31,752 bases of DNA, taken from NCBI GenBank assembly GCA_043820925.1, contig JBDRDL010000061.1:1-31752 (forward strand), given 5' to 3'. A program made the translations under genes and the position numbers. The notes under the pieces were generated by a model, which was not told where the DNA came from, made no database searches, and saw only the letters and a program-made list of their open reading frames with translations. The DNA comes from Methanobacteriota archaeon. GTDB taxonomy: Archaea > Hydrothermarchaeota > Hydrothermarchaeia > Hydrothermarchaeales > JACRDW01. Below, in pieces: positions 1 to 8,804 of this stretch (position 1 is the stretch's first letter; every line of letters starts with the position of its first letter).

Positions 1-744
1 TTGGACATTGCCGTTATAAAATTTCCAAGAATCTCCAACTTTACGGATTTTGACCCCTTGATTTACGAAGGTTTTAATGTCAGGTACGTTGAGAGAGCAG
101 AGGAGTTAGGGCAGCCAAATGCAGTAGTTTTGCCAGGAACAAAAAATACAATTGAGGATTTGAGCTGGCTTAGGGAGAGGGGCTTCGAAGAGAAAATCAA
201 AGCACTGCAAGTACCTGTCATCGGAATATGCGGCGGGTATCAAATGCTGGGCAGGAAAATAATAGACAGCGGTATTGAAAGTGAGAGAGGAGTTTTCAAG
301 GGACTAGGCTTGCTTGATGTGGAGACGAGATTTGAAAAATTTAAAAAGAAAACTGAGCAGGTAGAAGGAAAGATAATCGCATCCCATGGAATTTTTAGCG
401 GTGCAGAGGGCACAAAAATTTCAGGCTACGAGATACACATGGGCAGAACTAAACTCGGCAGGAAAGCAAAGCCGATATTTAATATTAAAGGGAAAAAAGA
501 AGGAGCTGTCGATGATTCTGGACTGGTTTTCGGAACTTATCTTCATGCCTTGTTTGATTCTCCAAGCTTTAGAAAATCCTTCATAGAATTTATTCAATTC
601 CGAAGCAGGAAAAAGAGAGGCTTGACAAATTATGTCGATGTTCGAGAGGCATGGATGAGGAGCATTGAAAGAGCATCGCAGGTCGTGCAGAGCAGCCTTG
701 ATATGCGAGCAATAAAAAAAATAATCGAGGCGCAAGATGACTGA
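1..744 (+). CDS. cobQ: Cobyric acid synthase (CobQ/CbiP), C-terminal glutamine amidotransferase part; 5' truncated by window
   Basis: Motifs PRISNFTDFDPL, LPGTKNT, GICGGYQMLG, GYEIHMG, GTYLH; first gene of a cobalamin cluster. Confidence 0.93.
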   Translation: MDIAVIKFPRISNFTDFDPLIYEGFNVRYVERAEELGQPNAVVLPGTKNTIEDLSWLRERGFEEKIKALQVPVIGICGGYQMLGRKIIDSGIESERGVFKGLGLLDVETRFEKFKKKTEQVEGKIIASHGIFSGAEGTKISGYEIHMGRTKLGRKAKPIFNIKGKKEGAVDDSGLVFGTYLHALFDSPSFRKSFIEFIQFRSRKKRGLTNYVDVREAWMRSIERASQVVQSSLDMRAIKKIIEAQDD

Positions 745-1645
745 GCTCGTCCTTATTTTAATCTCCGCAGTTTTAATAGATAGAATTTTTGGAGAGCCTT
801 CAGAAAAAATTCATCCCACAGTGTGGATTGGAAAACTTATAGATGCTCTTAAAAAAATCAATTCAAGCTCTTTTTTTTATGGAGCATTCGTTTTTCTTTT
901 GATAGCCACTTTTTCAGCCGGTGCAGTATTTTTTGCATTGAAATTTTTGGAAAATTTCTGGCTGAAAGTTGCTCTCGGAGCAGCGATACTAAAAATCTCA
1001 TTCAGCTGGAGGGCACTCGAGGAGCACGCTTTGCAGGTTGTGCAATTTAACTTAGAAAATGCGAGAAAAGCTCTCTCAAAAATTGTTGGGCGGGATACCT
1101 CTAATTTAGATGAGAAGCAGGTAATTTCTGCAACCATAGAATCAGTCGCAGAGAGCAGCGCCGATGGTATAATTTCTCCCTTGTTTTACTACTCTCTATT
1201 CGGGGCATTTTTTGGCGCAGAAGCAGGTGTTAGTGCGGCGATTTTTTACAGGGCGGCAAATACACTGGATTCGATGATTGGATATAGGAAATACGCCGGC
1301 TTCGGATTTTTTTCTGCTAAGACGGATGACGTTTTGAATTTCATTCCCGCCAGAGTAGCTTCTCTTTTAATTGTATCCTCTGCATTTATTCTAAGAGAAA
1401 ACTGGAGAAATGCGATTAAAATCTTCCTCAGAGATAGGAAAAAAACTCCCAGCCAGAACTCTGGCTGTCCGATGGCAGCGATGGCGGGAGCGCTGGAAGT
1501 GCAGCTCGAGAAGCTCAGTTACTACAAGCTCGGAGATGCGGTGCAGGAATTGAAAGCAGAGCATGTGCGGAGAGCTCTGCGAATTGTCGGCGCCACTACC
1601 GTCTCATTTATATCTTTAGCGATTGCATTTTTTATTTATGATTGA
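737..1645 (+). CDS. cbiB: Adenosylcobinamide-phosphate synthase CbiB/CobD
   Basis: Membrane protein with GEP..HPTVWIG, IVGRDT, ESVAES.DG..SPLFY, YRAANTLDSMIGY, DDVLNFIPAR, SQNSG.PMAAMAGAL. Confidence 0.93.
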   Translation: MTELVLILISAVLIDRIFGEPSEKIHPTVWIGKLIDALKKINSSSFFYGAFVFLLIATFSAGAVFFALKFLENFWLKVALGAAILKISFSWRALEEHALQVVQFNLENARKALSKIVGRDTSNLDEKQVISATIESVAESSADGIISPLFYYSLFGAFFGAEAGVSAAIFYRAANTLDSMIGYRKYAGFGFFSAKTDDVLNFIPARVASLLIVSSAFILRENWRNAIKIFLRDRKKTPSQNSGCPMAAMAGALEVQLEKLSYYKLGDAVQELKAEHVRRALRIVGATTVSFISLAIAFFIYD

Positions 1646-2090
1646 GATACTCAGGCAGAAGGGCATCAAAAAAGAAGATTTGGTCGCTGCAGCTCTGGAG
1701 CTTCACGTGCCTCACCCCGGAGTTGAGGGCAAGCGAAAGGCAAGGCAGATTCTTGAAAAAACTTTTGACAATGTTTTTTCAGACCCAAACATAAATGCTT
1801 TAATTCTGGCAGGTTTTCATTTGGAAGAACTGGCTATTCAGGATTCGCTGCCAGGCATGAAAAACGAGGATTTCAAGAAAGACCCTGTCTCTCTTGTAGC
1901 AGACGAAATCTTAGGAATGGCAATTGCCGAGTATATAGGGGGAACGAGGGCGAGATTCGAGTATGTCCGCTTCGATATCGCAAAGCCCGGCATACTAAAA
2001 AAACTTGGACCTTTCGTGGACGACGTTATTTGCGGAGTAATTGCGGGAGTTTCTTCGAAAATGTACACCGAGGCAGGGGAGAAAAAGTGA
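1638..2090 (+). CDS. cobZ: Alpha-ribazole phosphatase CobZ (archaeal PgpA-like type)
   Basis: DPNI..L..AG..LEE, DPV.LVADEILG, RFD..KPGIL..LGPFVDD; lies between cbiB and cobS; ATG 1638 preferred over the TTG at 1623. Confidence 0.85.
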   Translation: MIEILRQKGIKKEDLVAAALELHVPHPGVEGKRKARQILEKTFDNVFSDPNINALILAGFHLEELAIQDSLPGMKNEDFKKDPVSLVADEILGMAIAEYIGGTRARFEYVRFDIAKPGILKKLGPFVDDVICGVIAGVSSKMYTEAGEKK

Positions 2091-2803
2091 TTATTAAAGG
2101 TTTCAAAAACGTAGCGGGCTTCCTCACAGCGATACCAGTTGCAGCCGGTTCGATAGAGGAAACTGCAAAGTACATGTATCTTTTTCCGATAGCCGGTGCT
2201 CTAATAGCTTTAATAGCAGCATCGGTGGGTTATCTTACAGCGCTTATTTTTCCAAATAGCATTGCAGTTGCGATTGCTTTGCTTGTCCTGCTGCTTTTAA
2301 CAGGTCTGCATCACCTCGACGGCTTGCTGGACTTTGGAGATGCACTCATGTTCAGGGGCAGCGCTGAGAAAAGAGTACAAATAATGCACGATAAAAATAC
2401 TGGAGCAGGAGGCTTTGCTCTGGGATTTTTTGTTTTGCTCCTCGCCTATCTAGCCCTGGCAGAAGCCGAAAGCATGTTCTTGGCTCTAGTCATTGCAGAA
2501 GCTTCTGCAAAATTTTCGATGGTAATTGGAGCCTACTTAGGCAGAGCGTCGCACGAGGGAGCCGGGAGCGCATTTGTTAAGGCGATGGGCAAAAATCACA
2601 GGGCGTTCTTGCTGTCTTTCCTGATATACTGTTCAATCCTCCTGCCGTTTGCAGCGAGCGCAACAGTAGCTCTTATTACAACCTACGCAGCATCGGTGGC
2701 AGTTTTATACGCCTCAAACAAACTGCTCGGCGGAGTTTCAGGGGACGTATTCGGGGCGATGAACGAATTAACGAGGATGCTTGTTCTGCTGGTGCTTATA
2801 TGA
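2087..2803 (+). CDS. cobS: Adenosylcobinamide-GDP ribazoletransferase (cobalamin synthase)
   Basis: FLTAIP, LTGLHHLDGLLDFGD, IMHD..TGAGG, GGVSGDVFGA.NEL; GTG start at 2087 overlaps the cobZ stop (GTGA). Confidence 0.93.
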   Translation: MIIKGFKNVAGFLTAIPVAAGSIEETAKYMYLFPIAGALIALIAASVGYLTALIFPNSIAVAIALLVLLLLTGLHHLDGLLDFGDALMFRGSAEKRVQIMHDKNTGAGGFALGFFVLLLAYLALAEAESMFLALVIAEASAKFSMVIGAYLGRASHEGAGSAFVKAMGKNHRAFLLSFLIYCSILLPFAASATVALITTYAASVAVLYASNKLLGGVSGDVFGAMNELTRMLVLLVLI

Positions 2804-3408
2804 AGCTCGACGCTCTAATAATGGCAGGCGGCAAAGGAGGCAGATTAAAAGTAAAAGAAGAGAAGCCGCTGTTAATCTTCAACGGAAAGCCTCTAATCGA
2901 GCACGTCCTCGAAGCTCTGAAAAATTCACAGTACATAGATAAAATTTTTGTTGCAGCGAGCAAAAATACGCAAAAAACTGAGCAGGAAATGAGGAAGAAG
3001 GCAATTGCCGTGATAAGCGCTCCTGGAAAGGGCTACGTCGAGGACATGCTGTTTGCCCTGAAAAAGCTGAAGCTCGGAAAAACTCTCGTGGTATCTGCAG
3101 ACCTGCTGCTGCATTCGAAGGATATAGACTGGGTTGTCGAAGAATATTTCAAGCAAAAAAAAGCCTCGCTTGCAGTTTTTGTGCCGGAAGAAACATTCAG
3201 AAAATACAAGTTCGTGCCCAGCATCGTAATTAACGGCTGCGTCCCTGCAGGGGTTAACATTGTGGATGGCAAAAATTTAAACAAAGGTGAGGCAAAATTA
3301 ATATCCGAAAAGCTCCAATTTGCTTTAAATATAAATACTCTGAAAGATTTAAAAACTGCGAAAAGTATAATTAGGACGAAGAAGAGGGATAACCATGCCC
3401 GTAAGTGA
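2800..3408 (+). CDS. cobY: GTP:adenosylcobinamide-phosphate guanylyltransferase CobY
   Basis: NTP-transferase motif MAGGKGGRL..EKPL, GKGYVEDM, SADL, NINT..DL; ATGA-coupled to cobS. Confidence 0.85.
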   Translation: MKLDALIMAGGKGGRLKVKEEKPLLIFNGKPLIEHVLEALKNSQYIDKIFVAASKNTQKTEQEMRKKAIAVISAPGKGYVEDMLFALKKLKLGKTLVVSADLLLHSKDIDWVVEEYFKQKKASLAVFVPEETFRKYKFVPSIVINGCVPAGVNIVDGKNLNKGEAKLISEKLQFALNINTLKDLKTAKSIIRTKKRDNHARK

Positions 3409-3673
3409 AGAATTGCTTGAGATACTCGCCTGTCCGATGTGCAAGAAAGATGTCGAGTACAAAAACGAGGAGGATTTTCTAAGCTGCAAAAAGTGCGACA
3501 TTCGATATTTTGCAGAACGATTTGAAAATCGTTCCACCTGCCCGAAGTGCGGAGAAAAACTCGAGCCAATAAAAGGAGAAGTTCTTGTTTGCGTCGACTG
3601 CAAGCGCTGGTATCCGATTATCGAGGACATACCGCACATGCTTCCAGACGAGCTCAGGGAAGATTTAGCCTAA
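3395..3673 (+). CDS. Trm112-family methyltransferase activator with an extra internal CxxC...CxxC zinc ribbon
   Basis: LLEILACPMCK...CVDCKRWYPIIEDIPHMLPDE termini are typical of Trm112/YcaR. Confidence 0.8.
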   Translation: MPVSEELLEILACPMCKKDVEYKNEEDFLSCKKCDIRYFAERFENRSTCPKCGEKLEPIKGEVLVCVDCKRWYPIIEDIPHMLPDELREDLA

Positions 3674-4295
3674 CTCCCCTGCCAATTTTTCCGCTGAATA
3701 TATCGCATTTTATGCTGCGCTTTTTGCAGATTCCTCCCATGCCCTCAGCTACGCTGCGAGAATCTACTTTTTCAGAATCGCACAGCGCAACAATCGCAGG
3801 TCCGCTGCCGCTGATTGCGGCTCCGGAAGCTCCTGCAGCGAGTGCTACTTTTTTCTTATCGGTTCTACTATTTCATCTTGCATGCTTCTACCGATTAGTG
3901 CGATGTCTTTTTTGTAAATACCTGCAATAAAAGAAGCTGCATTGCTGGTATTCGAAACAGCGTTTTCAAAATTTATTTTTTTTGGAAGAATTTTCCTTGC
4001 TTCTTTGGTGCTTATCTCTAGTAAAGCCTCCGTAGATGCAGGCTGCGGTGTTGTCTGCATGCGCTGCTGCCGAGTCCGCTCTTCGGTCGAATTTTTTTAA
4101 TAAACCCGAAGCAACTATACCTGCAACATTTTCTTTCGGGTTCGTGGGAACTTCGAATCCTTTTACCTTTATTTTAATGCCTTCGCTGCGCTCCCTGAAT
4201 TTCATTACATCAAACGGCTGCTCCAGCGCAATGCCAAAAACATCGAAACCCGGGCCGAGGTTTGCTGAGGTTGCAGGGGCGATTATCTTTATCAT
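3654..4295 (-). pseudogene. thrB: Homoserine kinase pseudogene with three internal deletions and two frameshifts
   Basis: Fragments MIKIIAPATSANLGPGFDVFG...PKENVAG / HADNTAACIYGGFT / ISTKEARKILP...DEIVEPIR / GAAISGSGPAIVAL...GRGV, joined across frameshifts; GHMP ATP-binding PxGxGLGSSAA motif absent. Confidence 0.88.
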
Positions 4296-4344
4296 TCGAA
4301 AGTATTTGTTTAATCGTATCAATAACAATTGTAAGTGGCATGAC

Positions 4345-5073
4345 ATGTTAGATCCAGTTGCTTCCTCAAAAGCTTTGGAAAGAATGGTTACCAAGCACAG
4401 CGATGAAGGTTTGCTCAGGAAGTACTATCGCTTCCGACCAGCGAGGTTCTACGGTGGCATCGCAACTGCTGATGCTGTTGGCTGTAACCTCAACTGCGCT
4501 TTCTGCTGGGTTAAAGAACCGAGGTTAAAACCATGGAAGTATGGCGAGTTCTACTCGCCGAAAGAGGTTGCCAGCAGGCTCGAAGAGATTGCCAGACGCG
4601 GTAGGTTTTCAAAGGTAAGGGTCTCTGGGGCTGAGCCTACGATTGGAAGGGAACACTTGGTCGAGTTGATAAATGTTATTGACAAAGACCTTCTCTTCAT
4701 CCTTGAAACCAACGGCATACTCATAGGATACGATGAGAGCTATGCTAGGGAGTTTGTTGGCAAGAACGTGTATGTGAGAGTTGCGCTGAAAGGTGCTAGC
4801 AACGAGGAGTTCGCACTGCTTACAAATGCTAAGCCTGAATTCTACGACTACCAGATAAAAGCACTGGAGAATTTGGAGAAGTACGGCATAAGATATCGTC
4901 CAGCTCTTATGACCTTTTCCAAAAGCATTGAAGGGTTGAAGGAAAGATTAGAGAAAGTAAGTCCGGGATTATCTGAGGAAATCGAGATTGAAGAACTCAT
5001 GCTCTTCCCGCATGTGAAGAAGGAGCTGGAGAAAAAGAATATCGACTATTATGGAAAATTCTCATTTTCGTGA
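4345..5073 (+). CDS. Radical SAM protein (COG5014-like archaeal Fe-S oxidoreductase)
   Basis: RFYGGIATAD.VGCNLNCAFCW (CxxxCxxC), RVSGAEPT, FILETNG; start set at ATG 4345 because the upstream extension is the antisense of thrB. Confidence 0.85.
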   Translation: MLDPVASSKALERMVTKHSDEGLLRKYYRFRPARFYGGIATADAVGCNLNCAFCWVKEPRLKPWKYGEFYSPKEVASRLEEIARRGRFSKVRVSGAEPTIGREHLVELINVIDKDLLFILETNGILIGYDESYAREFVGKNVYVRVALKGASNEEFALLTNAKPEFYDYQIKALENLEKYGIRYRPALMTFSKSIEGLKERLEKVSPGLSEEIEIEELMLFPHVKKELEKKNIDYYGKFSFS

Positions 5074-5117
5074 AGCATGGGAAAGAGGAAAAGAAAGCTC
5101 TCCTGAAGAAGGGAGCT

Positions 5118-5357
5118 CTAATCATAATTATCATTTGCAAGAGCAGCGTGGTTGTAATGACGCCAATCTGCCTCTGCAAGCCTCTTCGTGAGCGGGTCTC
5201 CGCTTGGACGGTTGTGCACAACGATAACAGAAGCAGACGAACGATGCTCGCGTTGAGCGTGCCTATGCTCACGATTTCGCTTGCGAGAGCAAGCGCAAAG
5301 GCATTGCGCCCAGCTTACGCTGCGAATTGCTCGATTCTTCGTGCTCTTCTTTCCCAC
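5118..5357 (-). pseudogene. radC: RadC/JAB-domain relic
   Basis: Minus-strand fragments STKNRAIRS, EIVSIGTLNASIV, SASVIVVHNRPSGDP, LTKRLAEA match the RadC C-terminal order; HPREVF and PSxxD segments are missing and HNHP has become HNRP. Confidence 0.75.
5278..5321 (-). repeat. 40-bp hairpin insertion in the radC relic flanked by a 4-bp direct repeat; probable partial relative of the GNRA palindromic element
   Basis: CGCT at 5278-5281 and 5318-5321; removing 40 bp restores ...KNRAIRS-EIVSIG in one frame; contains CGCTTGC-GAGA-GCAAGCG and AAGCTGG. Confidence 0.55.
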
Positions 5358-5537
5358 TTTTCCTTTCGGTATTTCATACTTACTCTTGTTAATATTCTGG
5401 CAATAATTTGGAAAAATACCTTAGCATATTATTATACGGCAGCGAACTTCTTAGATTCATGGGAATAGGATAAAAATCGCTGCACGTGCCTGTTGATCTG
5501 CTAAGGTCTACTTAGAGAAACACAGGCTGGACTTAAA

Positions 5538-6590
5538 ATGATTCTTGAAACGCTTAACGCTATTGCATATGGAGATTTAATAACAGCTTCGATAATATTC
5601 TTCGCTTCTTATTTAATCGCTGGGTTGATTCAATTTTTAATGAAAAAGCATTTTTCCAAGGTTACCGAAGCCGCTGCTTCTAACCTCGACGAAAAAATCC
5701 TCGCTGTTATTAGAAAACCGATTTACTACATAGTTCTGCTCTTGGGCATTTACCTTGCACTGCTTCAAATCCGCGCCCTCGCCGAGTATCGCTCGCTGAT
5801 AGAAAATGCGTTTCTTATAATCAGCATACTTGTCGGCACCTACACTGCGCTTAGGATACTTAAGATACTCGAAGACAGATACGTGGCTGAACTCGTGGAT
5901 AAGCGCTTTGCACCCACGATTAACCGCGTCATAAACATCTTCATCTATGCGGTAGCTTTTATCATAATCCTCGACCGCCTTAACATCGAAGTTACTCCGC
6001 TAATCGCGAGCTTGGGCATCGCAACTCTTGCAGTGGGTTTAGCGCTTCAGGACACGCTCGCCAACTTTTTCGCCGGGTTGTACATTTTCACCGATAAACC
6101 AGTGCGCATAGGCGACTACATCGAACTCGACTCTGGCGACAAGGGTTACGTCGAGGACATAGGCTGGCGCAGCACGAGAATAAAAACTCTGCCCAACAAT
6201 ATAATCGTGATACCCAACTCAAAGCTTGTTCAGAGCAGGATAATCAATTATTACCTGCCGGTAGAAGAGATGTCAGTTGTTATGCAGTGCGGAGTAGGCT
6301 ATGCCTCTGATTTGGAGAAGGTCGAAAGGGTTACGATAGAAGTTGCCAGGGAAATTCAGAAAACTGTCCCTGGAGCAGTTAAAAACTTTGAGCCTTTCAT
6401 AAGGTATCATACTTTTGGCGATTCAAACATAAATTTTTCCATAATCCTGCGGGTAGAAAAATTCGTGGACCAGTATCTTCTGGGTCACGAGTTTATAAAG
6501 AAATTGCACAAACGCTACAGGGAAGAAGGCATAGAGATTTCCTTCCCGGCGAGAATCCTCTACTATCCAAAGTCTCAAGAAAAAAGTTGA
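5538..6590 (+). CDS. mscS: Small-conductance mechanosensitive channel (MscS family)
   Basis: N-terminal TM helices, LGIATLAVGLALQDTLANFFAG, PVRIGDYI, G.VEDIGWRST, IPNS, EGIEISFP. Confidence 0.92.
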   Translation: MILETLNAIAYGDLITASIIFFASYLIAGLIQFLMKKHFSKVTEAAASNLDEKILAVIRKPIYYIVLLLGIYLALLQIRALAEYRSLIENAFLIISILVGTYTALRILKILEDRYVAELVDKRFAPTINRVINIFIYAVAFIIILDRLNIEVTPLIASLGIATLAVGLALQDTLANFFAGLYIFTDKPVRIGDYIELDSGDKGYVEDIGWRSTRIKTLPNNIIVIPNSKLVQSRIINYYLPVEEMSVVMQCGVGYASDLEKVERVTIEVAREIQKTVPGAVKNFEPFIRYHTFGDSNINFSIILRVEKFVDQYLLGHEFIKKLHKRYREEGIEISFPARILYYPKSQEKS

Positions 6591-6627
6591 GGATGTGTAC
6601 GATGGCAGCGAAGAAGGCCATCAAGAA

Positions 6628-6633
6628 GAGGTG
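6628..6633 (+). promoter_or_regulatory. Shine-Dalgarno site for the TPS/TPP gene
   Basis: GAGGTG 8 nt upstream of the TTG start at 6642. Confidence 0.5.
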
Positions 6634-6641
6634 TTGATGTA

Positions 6642-8798
6642 TTGACCCAGAGAACGCTCATCGTAGCGAATCGACTGCCTGTAAACGTTGAGAAGAAAAA
6701 GGATAAGTTGCTCTTTCGTCGAAGCATCGGCGGATTAGCCACTGTTTTGAAGGCAATCCATGAAAAGGAAGAAAGCATCTGGATAGGCTGGCCGGGCACG
6801 CTTTTGCAGAGCGACGATGCTCAGATTAGAGCAGAATTGTTGCAAACTCATCGCTGCTATCCCGTTTTTCTAGCTCGGGACGACATAGAAAAATTTTATT
6901 ACGGTATATGCAGCAATACCTTCTGGCCGCTTTTCCACTCTTTTCCATGGATTACCAAGTTTAAAACTCCCAAATGGGAGTCCTATAAGAAAGTAAATCA
7001 GGTGTTTTGTGATAGAGTTCTGGAGGTGGCACAACCCTCGGATATAATCTGGATACACGATTACCATCTGATGCTCCTTCCAAAATATCTCAGAGAGCGC
7101 CTTCCTAACGCTACGATAGGTTTCTTCTTCCATATCCCTTTTCCGCCGCTGGAGATTTTTAGCCTGCTGCCTTGGGACAGGGAAATCCTAGAATCTCTAT
7201 TGCATGCTGATTTGATAGGCTTTCACACATACGGTTATGCAAGAAATTTCCTCAACTCAGTGCTCGGACTATTTGGCATAGACAATAAGCTAGGCGAGAT
7301 TATTTTCAAGAATCGTATCATTCACGTCGGAGCTTTCCCTATGGGGATAGATTTTGAGATATTTGACAAGGCAAACAAGGAGAAAAAGCACCTTGTAAAA
7401 GAGCTGCAGGGAAGATATGGTAATAAAAAGATAATATTATCTATTGGACGTCTTGATTACACTAAGGGAATACCAGAATTATTAGACGCCTTTGAGCTGT
7501 TCCTTGAAAAATATCCCGAAGAGCAAGGAAAGGTATCCCTGATATTGGGTGTTGCTCCTTCGCGCATTCATGTAGAAGAGTATCGCTCATTGAAGAAGAG
7601 CATCGACGAGAAAGTTGGAAGAATTAATGGGCGCTTCGGCAGAGCTGACTGGAATCCGGTCTGGTATTTCTATCGAACCTTTTCCTTTGATGACCTAATA
7701 GATTTATACTCTATAGCCGATGTTGCTGTTTTTCCTTCTCTGCGCGATGGTTTGAATCTTATGGCAAAAGAGTATGTTGCAGCAAGAGAGAAAACAGGAG
7801 TGCTTGTGGTAAGCGAATTCGCCGGCGTTTCAAAAGAGCTCGTTGAAGCACTCATCGTAAATCCAAAAGATAAAAAGGGTTTTGCGGAGCTGCTCACGAG
7901 AGCGCTGAACATGCCATTAGAAGAACAGAAAAGACGCATTAGAACGATGAGAGAACGGCTAAAGAACTACGATGCTCGTCGTTGGGCTGAAGACTTTTTG
8001 AGCAGTTTGACCAAAGTCAAGCAATACCAACATGCATTTGAAATAAAACTGATGAACGATGAAACGGAGGGCAAATTGATAGAGCAACATGGATGCAGCA
8101 AGCGCCGCCTCCTATTTCTGGATTATGATGGAACCCTTGTGCCCTTTGTAGAGGAGCTTGAAGAAGCCGCGCCTTCTGAAGAGATATTGAGTGTGCTGGA
8201 GCGCCTTTGCAATCAGAATACTGTTGTTCTTACAAGTGGTCGTGATAAAGGAACTCTTTATAACTGGTTTGGAAAATTACAAATCAATCTGGTCGCTGAG
8301 CACGGGATTTGGGTCAAAGAGTATGCTTCTGAATGGAAAAGTGAGGAAATATCATCAGACTGGAAAGGGAAGATCAGGTCTATGCTCGAATTGTATACAG
8401 ATAGATGCCCCGGTTCATTTATTGAAGAAAAGGATTTCTCCATAGCTTGGCATTATCGCAAATCAGACCCACTTCTATCCACAATAACTGCAAATGAACT
8501 GGCCCTTGAATTGAGCCATTTGACAGCCAACATGGATGTGAGCATTTTATCCGGAAACAAGGTGATTGAGGTTCGACCTATGAGTGCAAACAAGGGCAAA
8601 GCCGCTCTAAGCTGGATTTCAAGGAAAAACTGGGATTTTATTTTAGCGGCAGGGGACGATGCCACGGATGAAGACCTATTTGGCGTCCTTCCGAAGGATG
8701 CTCATTCCATTAAAATAGGATTGGGCGGCAGCAAAGCTAAGTTCAACTTAGACTCTCCTCAAAAAATGATTGAACTCCTAATGAAATTAGGTAAGTGA
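6642..8798 (+). CDS. Bifunctional trehalose-6-phosphate synthase/phosphatase (GT20 + HAD)
   Basis: ANRLP, GGLA, WIGWPG, HDYHL, FFHIPFP, RLDYTKG, DGLNL.AKEY; then DYDGT, SGR, AEHG, NKG, GDD.TDED. Confidence 0.95.
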   Translation: MTQRTLIVANRLPVNVEKKKDKLLFRRSIGGLATVLKAIHEKEESIWIGWPGTLLQSDDAQIRAELLQTHRCYPVFLARDDIEKFYYGICSNTFWPLFHSFPWITKFKTPKWESYKKVNQVFCDRVLEVAQPSDIIWIHDYHLMLLPKYLRERLPNATIGFFFHIPFPPLEIFSLLPWDREILESLLHADLIGFHTYGYARNFLNSVLGLFGIDNKLGEIIFKNRIIHVGAFPMGIDFEIFDKANKEKKHLVKELQGRYGNKKIILSIGRLDYTKGIPELLDAFELFLEKYPEEQGKVSLILGVAPSRIHVEEYRSLKKSIDEKVGRINGRFGRADWNPVWYFYRTFSFDDLIDLYSIADVAVFPSLRDGLNLMAKEYVAAREKTGVLVVSEFAGVSKELVEALIVNPKDKKGFAELLTRALNMPLEEQKRRIRTMRERLKNYDARRWAEDFLSSLTKVKQYQHAFEIKLMNDETEGKLIEQHGCSKRRLLFLDYDGTLVPFVEELEEAAPSEEILSVLERLCNQNTVVLTSGRDKGTLYNWFGKLQINLVAEHGIWVKEYASEWKSEEISSDWKGKIRSMLELYTDRCPGSFIEEKDFSIAWHYRKSDPLLSTITANELALELSHLTANMDVSILSGNKVIEVRPMSANKGKAALSWISRKNWDFILAAGDDATDEDLFGVLPKDAHSIKIGLGGSKAKFNLDSPQKMIELLMKLGK

Positions 8799-8804
8799 AG
8801 AGAT

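Noticed and set aside
4036..4344. 103-aa N-terminal extension of the radical SAM ORF
   Set aside because: It is the antisense of the thrB pseudogene; family similarity starts at ATG 4345.
5070..5468. 132-aa plus-strand ORF
   Set aside because: Mostly the antisense shadow of the radC relic, with no recognisable motif.
6601..6622. GATGGC/GCCATC hairpin between mscS and TPS resembling the element's inner stem
   Set aside because: Only 6 bp and lacks both GNRA arms.
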